From NCBI GenBank assembly GCA_001770205.1, contig MEQL01000041.1:62001-106665 (forward strand): DNA of 44,665 nt. Reading direction: 5' to 3'. The number at the start of each line of letters is the position of its first letter. Position 1 is the first letter of the stretch. Below, in pieces: positions 28,426 to 38,361 of this stretch. The position numbers and the translations under genes are program-made. The notes below the pieces were generated by a model that worked only from the letters and a program-made list of their open reading frames with translations, did not search any database and was not told where the DNA came from. This stretch comes from Bdellovibrionales bacterium RIFOXYD12_FULL_39_22. GTDB taxonomy: Bacteria; Bdellovibrionota; Bacteriovoracia; Bacteriovoracales; Bacteriovoracaceae.

Positions 28426-31400
28426 ATGGCCGCGGATGGTTTTGTTCATTTACATTTGCATACACAATACTCCTTACTGGATGGGGCCATTCGCCTCCAA
28501 GATCTTTTTGAAAAGGCAAAAGAATTTGGCATGACGGCCGTGGCGCAGACTGATCATGGGAATATGTTTGGGGCCATTGATTTTTACACTACTGCTAAAA
28601 AATATGGCATTAAGCCTATATTAGGTTGTGAAGTATATTTTACTCCCGGTTCTCGCTTTGATAAGTCTAATCAAGAACGCGCAGCAACTGCCGCCTCAGT
28701 GGATGATGAGGAGACCTCACATAAGATTAACCATTTGGTGCTTTTGTGTAAAAATAATCAAGGCTACCAAAATCTCTGCAAATTAGTTTCCTTGGGATAT
28801 CTAGAAGGTTTTTACTACAAACCACGAGTGGACTTGGAGCTGCTTTCCAAATATAGCGAAGGATTGATTGCTACCACGGCCTGTCTAGCAGGCTGGCCTG
28901 CCCAAAACTATTTAACTGGCCAAACAAAGAAGGCCGAGCAGGCCATTGAACGATTGCGAGATATTTTTAAAGAAGATCTATATTTGGAAATTCAAGTTAA
29001 TGGATTAAAGGAGCAAGAAGTAGTAAACGAAAAAATTATTGCTTATGCTCGCGGACACAATATTCCCTTAGTAGCAACAAATGATTGTCATTATCTTAAT
29101 CGTGAAGATGCCTTGGCCCAGGAGGTTTTGCTTTGTATTCAGACAAGCAAAAATTTTTCTGATGAAAAGCGCATGAAGATGTCTTCTGATGAATTTTATT
29201 TTAAGTCGGCAGCAGAGATGCGCGAGGCCTTTTTGCAATATCCCGATGCTTGCGACAATACCTTGAAAATTGCCGAGCAGTGTAATGTTTCCCTTAAATG
29301 GACTGATGCTAATAACAATCAGATTTATCACTTACCGAACTTTCCCATTTCTACCGGCGAAAGTACTGATGCCTATTTTGCTAGACTAGCGCAAGAAGGA
29401 TTAGAGAAGAGATTTAATGGCCCGCACTTTAGTGTTTTGGCCGGCCAGAGTAATTGGGTGGAAGAAAAACAAATCTATTATAAGCGGCTTGAAGATGAAT
29501 TGCGCATGATTTGCAAAATGGGTTTTGCCGGTTATTTTTTAATTGTGGCCGACTTTATAAATTGGTCTAAAGGCCATAACATTCCAGTGGGGCCCGGCCG
29601 TGGTTCAGGAGCAGGTTCTCTCGTGGCCTATGCTCTCGGAATAACCAACGTTAACCCACTTCCGTACAACCTTCTATTTGAAAGATTTATAAATCCAGAA
29701 CGAATCAGCATGCCTGACTTTGATGTCGATTTTTGTCAAACAGGCCGCCAGCATGTCATCGAATATGTTACCAACAAATATGGCCAGGAACGAGTTGGCC
29801 AAATCATCACCTTTGGAAAGTTGATGGCCAAGTTAGTTATTCGGGATGTGTGTCGGGTATTTGAAGTGCCATACGATGAAGCAAACATGATTGCTAAGTT
29901 GGTACCGGAAGAATTGGGGATTACTATTGATAAGGCCGTAGAACTGGAACCAAAGCTTAAGGAGATTATTGATCACGATCCAAAAATTCGTCAGATTTTT
30001 AGTATTTCTAAACGCCTAGAAGGACTCTACCGTCATGCTGGAATTCATGCTGCCGGAGTTATTATTACCAGCGAACCACTCGTTAACTATTGTCCTCTCT
30101 ATAAGGGCAAAGAGGGGGAGCAGGTTTGTCAATATGACAAAAACTTTGCAGAAAAAATTGGCCTAGTGAAGTTTGACTTTTTAGGATTAAAAACTTTAAC
30201 AGTTATCGATACGGCCTCTGAATTTGTACGTCGAGATATGGATTCATCGTTTGATATTGAATCGATTCCAGTTGATGATCAGAAGGTTTTTGATTTTATC
30301 TCTCAAGGAGAAACGGTGGGAGTGTTTCAGCTTGAATCGTCGGGGATGATAGATCTTTGCAAGCGAATAAGGCCCAGCTCCATTGAAGATATTACGGCCA
30401 TAAACGCGCTCTATCGGCCAGGCCCGATGGAGTCTGGAATGTTGGAAGATTACATTGATATAAAAAATGGACTCAAAAATACTACCTATCCATTTCCGCA
30501 ATTGGAGAGTGTGCTAAAAGATACATATGGCGTAATTGTTTACCAAGAGCAGGTTATGAAAATTGCTCAAGTAGTGGCCGGTTACTCATTAGGTCAAGCG
30601 GATATGTTGCGAAAGGCCATGGGTAAAAAAGATGTAAAAGTTATGGAGGCCCATCGCGAAACTTTTTTGAATGGCGCCGCCTCTCGCAATTTTGATGTCG
30701 AAAAGGCGCGAGAGTTATATGAATTAATGGCCAACTTTGCGGCCTATGGTTTTAATAAGTCCCATGCAGTTGCTTATTCCATTATCTCCTATCAGACTGC
30801 GTACTTGAAATATTATTATCCGGCGTCTTTTTATGCGGCCTTGCTTACCACTGAAATTTCTAATTTGGACAAAGTTACTGCCTACATCAATGATGCGAAG
30901 AAATTCGATATAAATGTTTTGGCCCCAGATATTAATCAGTCACTATGGCAATTTAATGTGGTAGAGGGAAACATTCGCTTTGGGATGGGGGCAGTAAAAA
31001 ATGTTGGCGAAAATGCCGTGCGCGATATTATCAAAGAGCGTGAGGAGCATGGGCCATATTTGGGATTTGTCGATTTTTGCGAGCGAGCAAATTTTAAATC
31101 AATTAATCGGCGCATGTTGGAATATTTAATTAAAGTAGGGGCCTTCGATAGTTGTGATAATCACAACCGGAAAACGCTTTTAGAAAATTTAGATACAGTT
31201 ATTTCCTATGCCCAAAAAAAACAGGAAGAGGCCAGTGTTGGCCAAATTAGTCTGTTTGATATGTTAGATGAAAGTGGAGGAACAGATAATCCATTTAAAT
31301 TCAAAGTGGAACTAAATGTGGTGGCAGAGTTTTCTATTCAGGAAAAATTAAGTTATGAGGCAGAATTTTTAGGGATCTATGTTTCTGGCCATCCGCTGGA

Positions 31401-32079
31401 TGCGTATCAAAATTTGATGAATCAACTAACCTCCATGCCTATAAATCAGGTGCAGGCGATTGTGCAAAGGCCCTCTTTAAATGGAGGGAACACGGGATTT
31501 GGTAATTTCAATCGACGAGATACTTCTGATAATCGTGATTTAGTTTTGGCCGGAATGTTGGCGGAGATGAAAACCATTATCACCAAAAAAGGTGACAAAA
31601 TGTGTTTTGCGACGCTGGAAGATTTAAGTGGAAAGATTGAGGCGGTTATTTTTAACAAGGTATTTCTAGAGTATGAAAAATTGTTAGTGGCCAATACACC
31701 GCTGGTACTGGAGGGATATACTAAACTTTCGGAAAGTCCTCGAAAAATATTTCCTAACAAAATAAAACTGTTGAAGGAGGAGACCGAGGATCGAGTGAGT
31801 GCGGTTAGAATTAACCTTCCAGTACAAGAGTTAAATCAAAAAAAATTGGCACTCTTCAAACAGATAATTATTAATCACCGCGGGGCAATTCCGCTACACA
31901 TTATTTTTGAACACACCAAAGGCAAGGCCCGTTTACCGTTGGGAGATAACTTTATGGTTAATCCATCTCCCAATATGGCCGCACAGATCAATGAACTATT
32001 TTCCGGTAATGTCGTGCAATACATCGTTGATGGAAAAGTAACCAGTGCTAGCTCACTTATTGATGTATTGGCAAATTAG
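28426..32079 (+). CDS. dnaE: DNA polymerase III alpha subunit
   Basis: FVHLHLHTQYSLLDGA, GPGRGSGAGS, PDFDVDF, KFDFLGL, YGFNKSH. Confidence 0.98.
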   Translation: MAADGFVHLHLHTQYSLLDGAIRLQDLFEKAKEFGMTAVAQTDHGNMFGAIDFYTTAKKYGIKPILGCEVYFTPGSRFDKSNQERAATAASVDDEETSHKINHLVLLCKNNQGYQNLCKLVSLGYLEGFYYKPRVDLELLSKYSEGLIATTACLAGWPAQNYLTGQTKKAEQAIERLRDIFKEDLYLEIQVNGLKEQEVVNEKIIAYARGHNIPLVATNDCHYLNREDALAQEVLLCIQTSKNFSDEKRMKMSSDEFYFKSAAEMREAFLQYPDACDNTLKIAEQCNVSLKWTDANNNQIYHLPNFPISTGESTDAYFARLAQEGLEKRFNGPHFSVLAGQSNWVEEKQIYYKRLEDELRMICKMGFAGYFLIVADFINWSKGHNIPVGPGRGSGAGSLVAYALGITNVNPLPYNLLFERFINPERISMPDFDVDFCQTGRQHVIEYVTNKYGQERVGQIITFGKLMAKLVIRDVCRVFEVPYDEANMIAKLVPEELGITIDKAVELEPKLKEIIDHDPKIRQIFSISKRLEGLYRHAGIHAAGVIITSEPLVNYCPLYKGKEGEQVCQYDKNFAEKIGLVKFDFLGLKTLTVIDTASEFVRRDMDSSFDIESIPVDDQKVFDFISQGETVGVFQLESSGMIDLCKRIRPSSIEDITAINALYRPGPMESGMLEDYIDIKNGLKNTTYPFPQLESVLKDTYGVIVYQEQVMKIAQVVAGYSLGQADMLRKAMGKKDVKVMEAHRETFLNGAASRNFDVEKARELYELMANFAAYGFNKSHAVAYSIISYQTAYLKYYYPASFYAALLTTEISNLDKVTAYINDAKKFDINVLAPDINQSLWQFNVVEGNIRFGMGAVKNVGENAVRDIIKEREEHGPYLGFVDFCERANFKSINRRMLEYLIKVGAFDSCDNHNRKTLLENLDTVISYAQKKQEEASVGQISLFDMLDESGGTDNPFKFKVELNVVAEFSIQEKLSYEAEFLGIYVSGHPLDAYQNLMNQLTSMPINQVQAIVQRPSLNGGNTGFGNFNRRDTSDNRDLVLAGMLAEMKTIITKKGDKMCFATLEDLSGKIEAVIFNKVFLEYEKLLVANTPLVLEGYTKLSESPRKIFPNKIKLLKEETEDRVSAVRINLPVQELNQKKLALFKQIIINHRGAIPLHIIFEHTKGKARLPLGDNFMVNPSPNMAAQINELFSGNVVQYIVDGKVTSASSLIDVLAN

Positions 32080-32127
32080 GGTATAATCTTTTAAAGATAG
32101 ATATGTTTGCTTACTTTGGAGCTTTTG

Positions 32128-33522
32128 ATGGATCAGTTATTAAAACGTTTTTTCCTTTTTAGCTGTCTTATATTTTTCACTAATTGGGCCTATGCCCAGG
32201 CCGGATCGAATGGTTACATAACTGGCGAGGGACAGTTTTATTCACAGGAAGATGACTCCCAAGATTTTGTTAAACGACAACTTCTTTTTAATGCCTTCAA
32301 AGATGTTATTTCTAAAGAGCTGGCAAGTATGGGATTAGATGAGAAACTTTTTTGGGATAAGTTTGATACCAAATTCGAAAACTATTTTGTGGGTATAAAA
32401 GAGGAAGAAGAAAAACGCGCCAAAAAGGACGCAAATAAGGCCACTGCCGATGCGGTTACTTTGGCCAAAGAGAGCAGAGTAAAGCGATACAATCTAAAAG
32501 TAAAATATGGAAATATTACTCGCGCCATCTCTTCTTACTCTATTAAAACGATGAGTCGCTCTCCCAAAGTTCCTAGCTCTCGCTACATGGCAGTTTCGGC
32601 CAAAGTAGATCGTAAGATTTTGGCCGATATCTATTCTAATTACGTAAGAGATGGAGATGTCTGTCATGTACAAAATCTATACGTCGCTCTAGATTTTGGC
32701 CTAGAAAACCTTACATGGATGGATATTGGAATTGTTGCAGAAGGAGATTTGGTGGCCGTGCTTCAGCGCTACTGGAAGCAGTGGTTGGAAAAGGAACTAA
32801 AAATTTATGTCGACAATGTCGTTTTTGTAGATGCCTCATTGCGAGAAAAAATAAGTGATCATCTTAGACTTTCTTCTCCCAATTCTTCTTCTCAAGCAGC
32901 TACCGATTCTGCGAAAACTAAAATTGATGGAGAGGTGGGCGGCATAGAAGTTGGAGAGAATTTTTTTAATTCGTTTTATTTGAAAATGAATAACGTAATT
33001 AGCAAAATTTCCGAAGATAAGGGATTAAAAAAGCGAAAGCTTTATTTCGATGGAGATTTTGTGATAGTTGATATGCGAGTTAATCAAGTTATTTATAGTT
33101 ATGATTTTAACAAAGAGGAAAAAACTTTTTCTTATGCTAACAACAACGTTTTAAGTTCGGCAGTGGCCAGTTTAGTTTATCAACGGCCGCTGTCACAATT
33201 AGGTAGTTTTGTTAAATTTTTAAAAAATTATCCGGACATGGTGAGGACTTTGGATTTATCAGTGGTAGGAGTGAAGGATGTTAGCGAGTTGTTGGCGGTA
33301 AAAGCACTATTGTCTAAATTTGGCCAAAATCTATTTTTTAACCCCTTTTTAAAACAATACGATGGTGCCAACGGAACCCTGACACTTTTTTACCACGGTG
33401 AAGAGGGCAAGATAACTTCCCTTATTGCTTCGCTGGTAAATCAAAAAGTTAATATCGCCAACGATGTGATCTATTTAAAAGATGAGAAAGATCCATTTAC
33501 GCTGTCAATAAGAAGGCAATGA
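32128..33522 (+). CDS. Hypothetical exported protein
   Basis: Long ORF with signal peptide (AYA-QA). ATG 32128 after GGAG. Confidence 0.7.
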   Translation: MDQLLKRFFLFSCLIFFTNWAYAQAGSNGYITGEGQFYSQEDDSQDFVKRQLLFNAFKDVISKELASMGLDEKLFWDKFDTKFENYFVGIKEEEEKRAKKDANKATADAVTLAKESRVKRYNLKVKYGNITRAISSYSIKTMSRSPKVPSSRYMAVSAKVDRKILADIYSNYVRDGDVCHVQNLYVALDFGLENLTWMDIGIVAEGDLVAVLQRYWKQWLEKELKIYVDNVVFVDASLREKISDHLRLSSPNSSSQAATDSAKTKIDGEVGGIEVGENFFNSFYLKMNNVISKISEDKGLKKRKLYFDGDFVIVDMRVNQVIYSYDFNKEEKTFSYANNNVLSSAVASLVYQRPLSQLGSFVKFLKNYPDMVRTLDLSVVGVKDVSELLAVKALLSKFGQNLFFNPFLKQYDGANGTLTLFYHGEEGKITSLIASLVNQKVNIANDVIYLKDEKDPFTLSIRRQ

Positions 33523-33535
33523 GAGGAGTTGAGGG

Positions 33536-34453
33536 ATGAAGTTTTTAGCTAGTTTATGCCTACTTGTTCTGTTCTTTTCATGTGCAGAGAATGTAGTGAA
33601 AAGAAATAATGAAGGGGAAACTCCTCGCGAAGCGCCGCGCAAATATTTTTCTGGCGTAAAAAAGAAAATTGTAATTTTATCTTTTTATAATGAGGCACCC
33701 TATGGCGGAGATGATTTAGGAATTGTGGCAACGGAAGAGCTACGCAATGAATTAGCGCGGGCCGAACAATTTCTTATTGATCCTATGGCCGAGAAGATTT
33801 TTGGTAGCTCTAAAGAGATCTATGCCGGAGGCGGGGTTAAATTGGTTCAACTTTCTCGTAAGGCAAAAACCGCCGATATAAATTTTGTAGTGTTTGGACG
33901 CATCATTGATGCTCGAATTAGAGAAAAAAGCGATGAGATTGGATTGGTTCGTGAAACAAAATCCTATACAGAGTCAAAGCTGGAGTTGAGAATTTTTGAT
34001 GTTAATTCAAATAAAGAAATTTATGCCCAAACGTTGGAGGGTTATGCTGATGATAGTACCTACCGCTTATTTAACTCTGATCGCGAAGAGTTTTTGACTT
34101 ATCGGCGTAACCTTTTGCGCTTTGCGGTTCAACTATCAGTGCGTAAGGCCATTCCGGAAATTTTAGATATTTCTGAAAAGTTAGATTGGGTTGGACGAGT
34201 GGCAAAGATCATTGGGAGCAAGATTTACATTAATGCTGGCCGTAAAAGTGGCCTCAATATTGGTGATATTTTGAAGGTCATAACCGAAGGACAAGAGATT
34301 TATGATCCTGAGACCGGGGCCCTTTTGGGCGTCTCCAAGGGAGATGTTAAAGGGAATATTGAGATCATTGATTATTTCGGAGAAGATGGCTCCATTGCTA
34401 TATTACATTCCGGTGGGGCCGTTTTGGAAAATGATTATGTCCAACTTTACTAG
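33536..34453 (+). CDS. Lipoprotein, CsgG/TolB-N-like fold with FlgT-C-like domain
   Basis: Lipobox FFSC. C-terminal IYINAGRKSGLNIGD...IYDPETGALLG. Confidence 0.65.
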   Translation: MKFLASLCLLVLFFSCAENVVKRNNEGETPREAPRKYFSGVKKKIVILSFYNEAPYGGDDLGIVATEELRNELARAEQFLIDPMAEKIFGSSKEIYAGGGVKLVQLSRKAKTADINFVVFGRIIDARIREKSDEIGLVRETKSYTESKLELRIFDVNSNKEIYAQTLEGYADDSTYRLFNSDREEFLTYRRNLLRFAVQLSVRKAIPEILDISEKLDWVGRVAKIIGSKIYINAGRKSGLNIGDILKVITEGQEIYDPETGALLGVSKGDVKGNIEIIDYFGEDGSIAILHSGGAVLENDYVQLY

Positions 34454-34507
34454 CTTGTAGGATTTTGTTACCATCTTTTTTTTGTTTCCCTTTAAAGGAT
34501 TGTTTGC

Positions 34508-34846
34508 GTGCGTTTTTTTGAGTTTATTAAACATGCTATTGTTCTATACCTTATCTTGTTTTTTACACAGGCCGGGAATGTCTTGTCTGCCAATGAGCGG
34601 TATGATTTCGGTAGCAATTGCTCTCAAAAACTAATTCCTCCTTATTGCCAAGGCCTGCTTTCTATTGCGAGTGTTGTTCAAGAAAGGGAATCTATTGGGG
34701 AGTTTAAGATTCGCCCCTTTGATTTTAAGATAAGAGCTGTTATTCTTTTCAAATTGGCCGCATATTTCTTACAAGATCATAAGCGGTCTAATCTTTATGA
34801 TTACGTTAATCACGCAGGCCCTGCTCCTCCATTGCTTTTTTTCTAG
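34508..34846 (+). CDS. Small signal-peptide-bearing protein; candidate regulatory leader (arrest) peptide
   Basis: GTG start after AAGGA, hydrophobic N-terminus, ends HAGPAPPLLFF 50 bp before ppdK. Confidence 0.5.
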   Translation: MRFFEFIKHAIVLYLILFFTQAGNVLSANERYDFGSNCSQKLIPPYCQGLLSIASVVQERESIGEFKIRPFDFKIRAVILFKLAAYFLQDHKRSNLYDYVNHAGPAPPLLFF

Positions 34847-34896
34847 ATCTGCTAAAACGAAGACTTAAATTTTTACAACAGGAAAGAGGCAAATAT

Positions 34897-37599
34897 ATGT
34901 CAAAGCATGTTTATTTTTTTGGAGCTGGAAAGGCAGAGGGAAAGTCTGCCATGAAGAACTTGTTAGGAGGAAAAGGGGCAAATTTGGCAGAGATGACCAA
35001 TATTGGAATTAATGTTCCGGCCGGTTTTACAATAACAACAGAAGTATGCACCCTTTATTATAAAAATAAGAGGCAATATCCTAAGGAGTTGCGAGCGCAA
35101 GTTGATTTAGCACTTAAAAAAGTTGAAAAAATTATGGGTAAAAAATTTGGAGATGAAGAAAATCCCCTTCTTTTATCGGTACGTTCCGGGGCGCGCAGCT
35201 CTATGCCAGGTATGATGGAGACGGTTTTAAATATTGGATTAACCTCCAAAACTATTCCGGCCTTGGCAAAAAAAACAAATAATGAACGCTTTGTCTTTGA
35301 TGCCTATCGACGATTGTTGATGATGTATTCGGATGTGGTAATGGAAAAGGCCGCAGGAATAGAACCGGCCGATGGAGAAGGAATTAGGCCCAAGCTTGAG
35401 CAGGCGATGGATAGACTTAAAAAGTCCAAGGGATATAAAAGTGATGGAGAGATGACGGCCTCCGATTTGAAAAAACTATGTGAAGAGTTTAAAAAAATTA
35501 TTAGCGCCACATTAGGAAAGGATTTTCCAGATGATGCTTCTGCTCAGTTGTGGGGAGGGATTAGCGCAGTATTTCAATCATGGATGGGAAAACGGGCCGT
35601 TTCTTATCGAAAAATTGAGAAAATTCCACAGGAGTGGGGGACGGCCGTAAACGTACAGTCCATGGTTTTTGGAAATACTGGCGAAAATTCTGCAACAGGA
35701 GTTGCCTTTACCAGAAATCCAGCGACAGGTGAGAATAAATTTTTTGGGGAATGGTTGGCCAATGCTCAAGGGGAAGATGTTGTGGCCGGTATACGAACTC
35801 CCAACCCAATAAATAAAACAGGCAAGACGGCAGATACGGGCCATCTACTTTCTTTGGAAGAGGCCATGCCGAAAATATATAAGGAGCTTTTCACGATTCA
35901 ACGCAAATTGGAAGGGCATTACAAAGATATGCAAGACATTGAGTTTACCATTGAAGAAGGAAAACTTTGGATGTTGCAAACACGAGTTGGAAAACGTAAT
36001 GGACATGCCGCAGTACGAATGGCCGTAGAGATGGCCAAGGCCGGACTGATTACTAAAAAAATTGCTTTGTCTCGGGTTCGGCCAGAACAAATAGATGAAC
36101 TATTGCATCCTAGTGTCGCACCAGAAGCAGAGAAGAAGGCAAGCGAGTTGGCCAAGGGACTTCCCGCTGGCCCAGGTGGAGCAATGGGACGAGTAGTTTT
36201 TACTTCGGAAGATGCCGAAAATTGGGCCAAGCGTGGCGAAAAAGTAGTTTTGGTACGAGAGGAGACTTCGCCAGAGGATGTGCACGGGATGCATGTGGCG
36301 GAAGCAATTTTGACCGCTAAAGGCGGTATGACGAGTCATGCAGCGTTAGTGGCCAGAGGGTGGGGGAAATGTTGCATTATTGGTTGCTCTGCCTTGCATA
36401 TCAATGCTCGCAATAAGGAGATTTTGATTAATGGAAAAGTTTTGCATGAAGGAGATTGGCTTACTTTAAATGGAACCACTGGCCATGTATATGAAGGACA
36501 GTTGGATCTACTACCAGCTGATCCCGATAGCAATAAGAGGTATAAGGAGTTAATGAAGTGGGCCGATCAGACCCGTTCATTAAGAGTACGCACGAACGCC
36601 GATACTCCTGCTGATGCGGCCTTGGCGCGCAAGTTTGGTGCAGAGGGAATTGGCCTTTGTCGAACAGAGCATATGTTCTTTGGGCCAGAACGCATTCGTG
36701 CAGTTCGAGAGATGATTTTATCGGATTCTTTAGATGGCAGGAAACGGGCCTTGGCCAAGTTGCTCCCCTTTCAGAAAGCAGATTTTTTGGGAATTTTTAA
36801 GGCCATGGCCGGATTTCCTGTGAACATTAGATTACTAGATCCGCCATTGCATGAATTCCTTCCCTATACAGAAGCAGAACTTAGAGAACTTTCTCGCGAA
36901 ATGGGAGTAAGTTATGAAAGATTAGAGGCAAAAAATAAATCGCTACATGAATTTAATCCGATGCTTGGCCATAGAGGATGTCGTTTGGGAGTAACCTATC
37001 CAGAAATGTATGAGATGCAGGTTCAGGCAATTATGGAGGCCGCATGTGAACTGGCCGTTAAAAAGGTAAAAGTTATTCCCGAGATCATGATTCCTTTGGT
37101 GGGGAATGCTAATGAATTAGCACGCATGAGAGAGTTGGTTATTGCTATCGCTGAACAGGTGCAAAAGAAGTATAAGAAAAAAGTTGCTTACACTGTTGGA
37201 ACAATGATTGAGCTTCCTCGCGCTTGCATGGTTGCTGATGAGATTGCCAAGTTTGCAGATTTTTATTCATTTGGAACTAATGATCTGACGCAAACAGTCC
37301 ATGGCCTATCTCGTGATGATGCGGGGAAATTTCTTTCCTTCTATCTGGAAAATGGTGTTTTAAAAGATGACCCCTTTATTACCATTGATCAGGAGGGAGT
37401 AGGTGGGTTCATGAAAATGGCCGCAGAGAAGGGCCGCAAGGTTAAGAAAGATATGAAAATGGGAATTTGCGGCGAACATGGAGGAGAGCCTCGTTCAATC
37501 GAATTTTGCCATAATCTAGGATTGAACTATGTTAGCTGCTCACCTTTTCGTGTGCCGATTGCTCGATTAGCGGCCGCACAGGCCGTTAAAAAAGGTTAG
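34897..37599 (+). CDS. ppdK: Pyruvate, phosphate dikinase
   Basis: LLGGKGANLAEM, SVRSGA, GGMTSHAA, CRTEHMF, GICGEHGG. Confidence 0.98.
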   Translation: MSKHVYFFGAGKAEGKSAMKNLLGGKGANLAEMTNIGINVPAGFTITTEVCTLYYKNKRQYPKELRAQVDLALKKVEKIMGKKFGDEENPLLLSVRSGARSSMPGMMETVLNIGLTSKTIPALAKKTNNERFVFDAYRRLLMMYSDVVMEKAAGIEPADGEGIRPKLEQAMDRLKKSKGYKSDGEMTASDLKKLCEEFKKIISATLGKDFPDDASAQLWGGISAVFQSWMGKRAVSYRKIEKIPQEWGTAVNVQSMVFGNTGENSATGVAFTRNPATGENKFFGEWLANAQGEDVVAGIRTPNPINKTGKTADTGHLLSLEEAMPKIYKELFTIQRKLEGHYKDMQDIEFTIEEGKLWMLQTRVGKRNGHAAVRMAVEMAKAGLITKKIALSRVRPEQIDELLHPSVAPEAEKKASELAKGLPAGPGGAMGRVVFTSEDAENWAKRGEKVVLVREETSPEDVHGMHVAEAILTAKGGMTSHAALVARGWGKCCIIGCSALHINARNKEILINGKVLHEGDWLTLNGTTGHVYEGQLDLLPADPDSNKRYKELMKWADQTRSLRVRTNADTPADAALARKFGAEGIGLCRTEHMFFGPERIRAVREMILSDSLDGRKRALAKLLPFQKADFLGIFKAMAGFPVNIRLLDPPLHEFLPYTEAELRELSREMGVSYERLEAKNKSLHEFNPMLGHRGCRLGVTYPEMYEMQVQAIMEAACELAVKKVKVIPEIMIPLVGNANELARMRELVIAIAEQVQKKYKKKVAYTVGTMIELPRACMVADEIAKFADFYSFGTNDLTQTVHGLSRDDAGKFLSFYLENGVLKDDPFITIDQEGVGGFMKMAAEKGRKVKKDMKMGICGEHGGEPRSIEFCHNLGLNYVSCSPFRVPIARLAAAQAVKKG

Positions 37600-38310
37600 C
37601 TATGTGTAATTTGGGCGCTGCTTGTATGGAATGGGATCTTCAAGATGCGCCCTGGCAAAACCGCGGAGGCGAAGCGCACAGGAGTCACAAATTCCACACG
37701 CCTCATCTTCATTAGCATAACAAGACCAACTAGCATGCAGTGGAGCTTTTAGTTCCACTGCTTTTTTTACAATCTCTTCTTTTTTCATATAAATTACTGG
37801 AGTGATGATCTCAATATTTTGCGCTTTGGTACCTTCGCGAATGAGTTGATTGTATGCTTGGTAGTAAGATGGACGACAATCAGGATAACCAGAAGAGTCT
37901 TCATATACGGCCCCGATATATATTTTAGTCGCGCCAATTATTTCACTCCAGGAGACGGCCATGGCAATAATATGAGTGTTGCGAAAAGGGACATAGCTAT
38001 CAGGGATTTCTTTTGATTCTCCCTTATACTCTTTTACGGCTATTTTATCATCAGTAAGTGAACTACCTCCAATTTGGCGCAAGAAAGAGACATCAATTAC
38101 TTCTCGAAACTCTGTTGGGACATTATAAAAATCAGCAATTTTATGAAAAGATTGTAGCTCTTTTTTTTCCGTCTTTTGGCCATAGTTTAAATGCAAGAAT
38201 GCCAGGCGGTGATGTAGTTGGTGAGCAATAGCGGCCGTCACCAGTGAATCCATCCCGCCACTGACTAAAATGACTGCTAATTCATTGCTTTTGTTTTTAT
38301 TCATTTTCAT
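37600..38310 (-). CDS. queC: 7-cyano-7-deazaguanine synthase
   Basis: SGGMDS, YGQK, YVPFRN, GYPDCR, SWSCY...CGICDSC. Start ATG 38310 or 38304. Confidence 0.95.
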   Translation of the reverse strand: MKMNKNKSNELAVILVSGGMDSLVTAAIAHQLHHRLAFLHLNYGQKTEKKELQSFHKIADFYNVPTEFREVIDVSFLRQIGGSSLTDDKIAVKEYKGESKEIPDSYVPFRNTHIIAMAVSWSEIIGATKIYIGAVYEDSSGYPDCRPSYYQAYNQLIREGTKAQNIEIITPVIYMKKEEIVKKAVELKAPLHASWSCYANEDEACGICDSCALRLRGFARAHLEDPIPYKQRPNYT

Positions 38311-38361
38311 TTTGTCCGACAAATTTTTAAAACTTCAAATTTAAATTTTTAATTTTTAATT

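Noticed and set aside
28426..32079. Intein in dnaE
   Set aside because: Length is normal and only short low-complexity insertions are present.
38311..38361. preQ1 riboswitch upstream of queC
   Set aside because: The short AT-rich spacer lacks the aptamer stem; queC appears co-transcribed with pgm.
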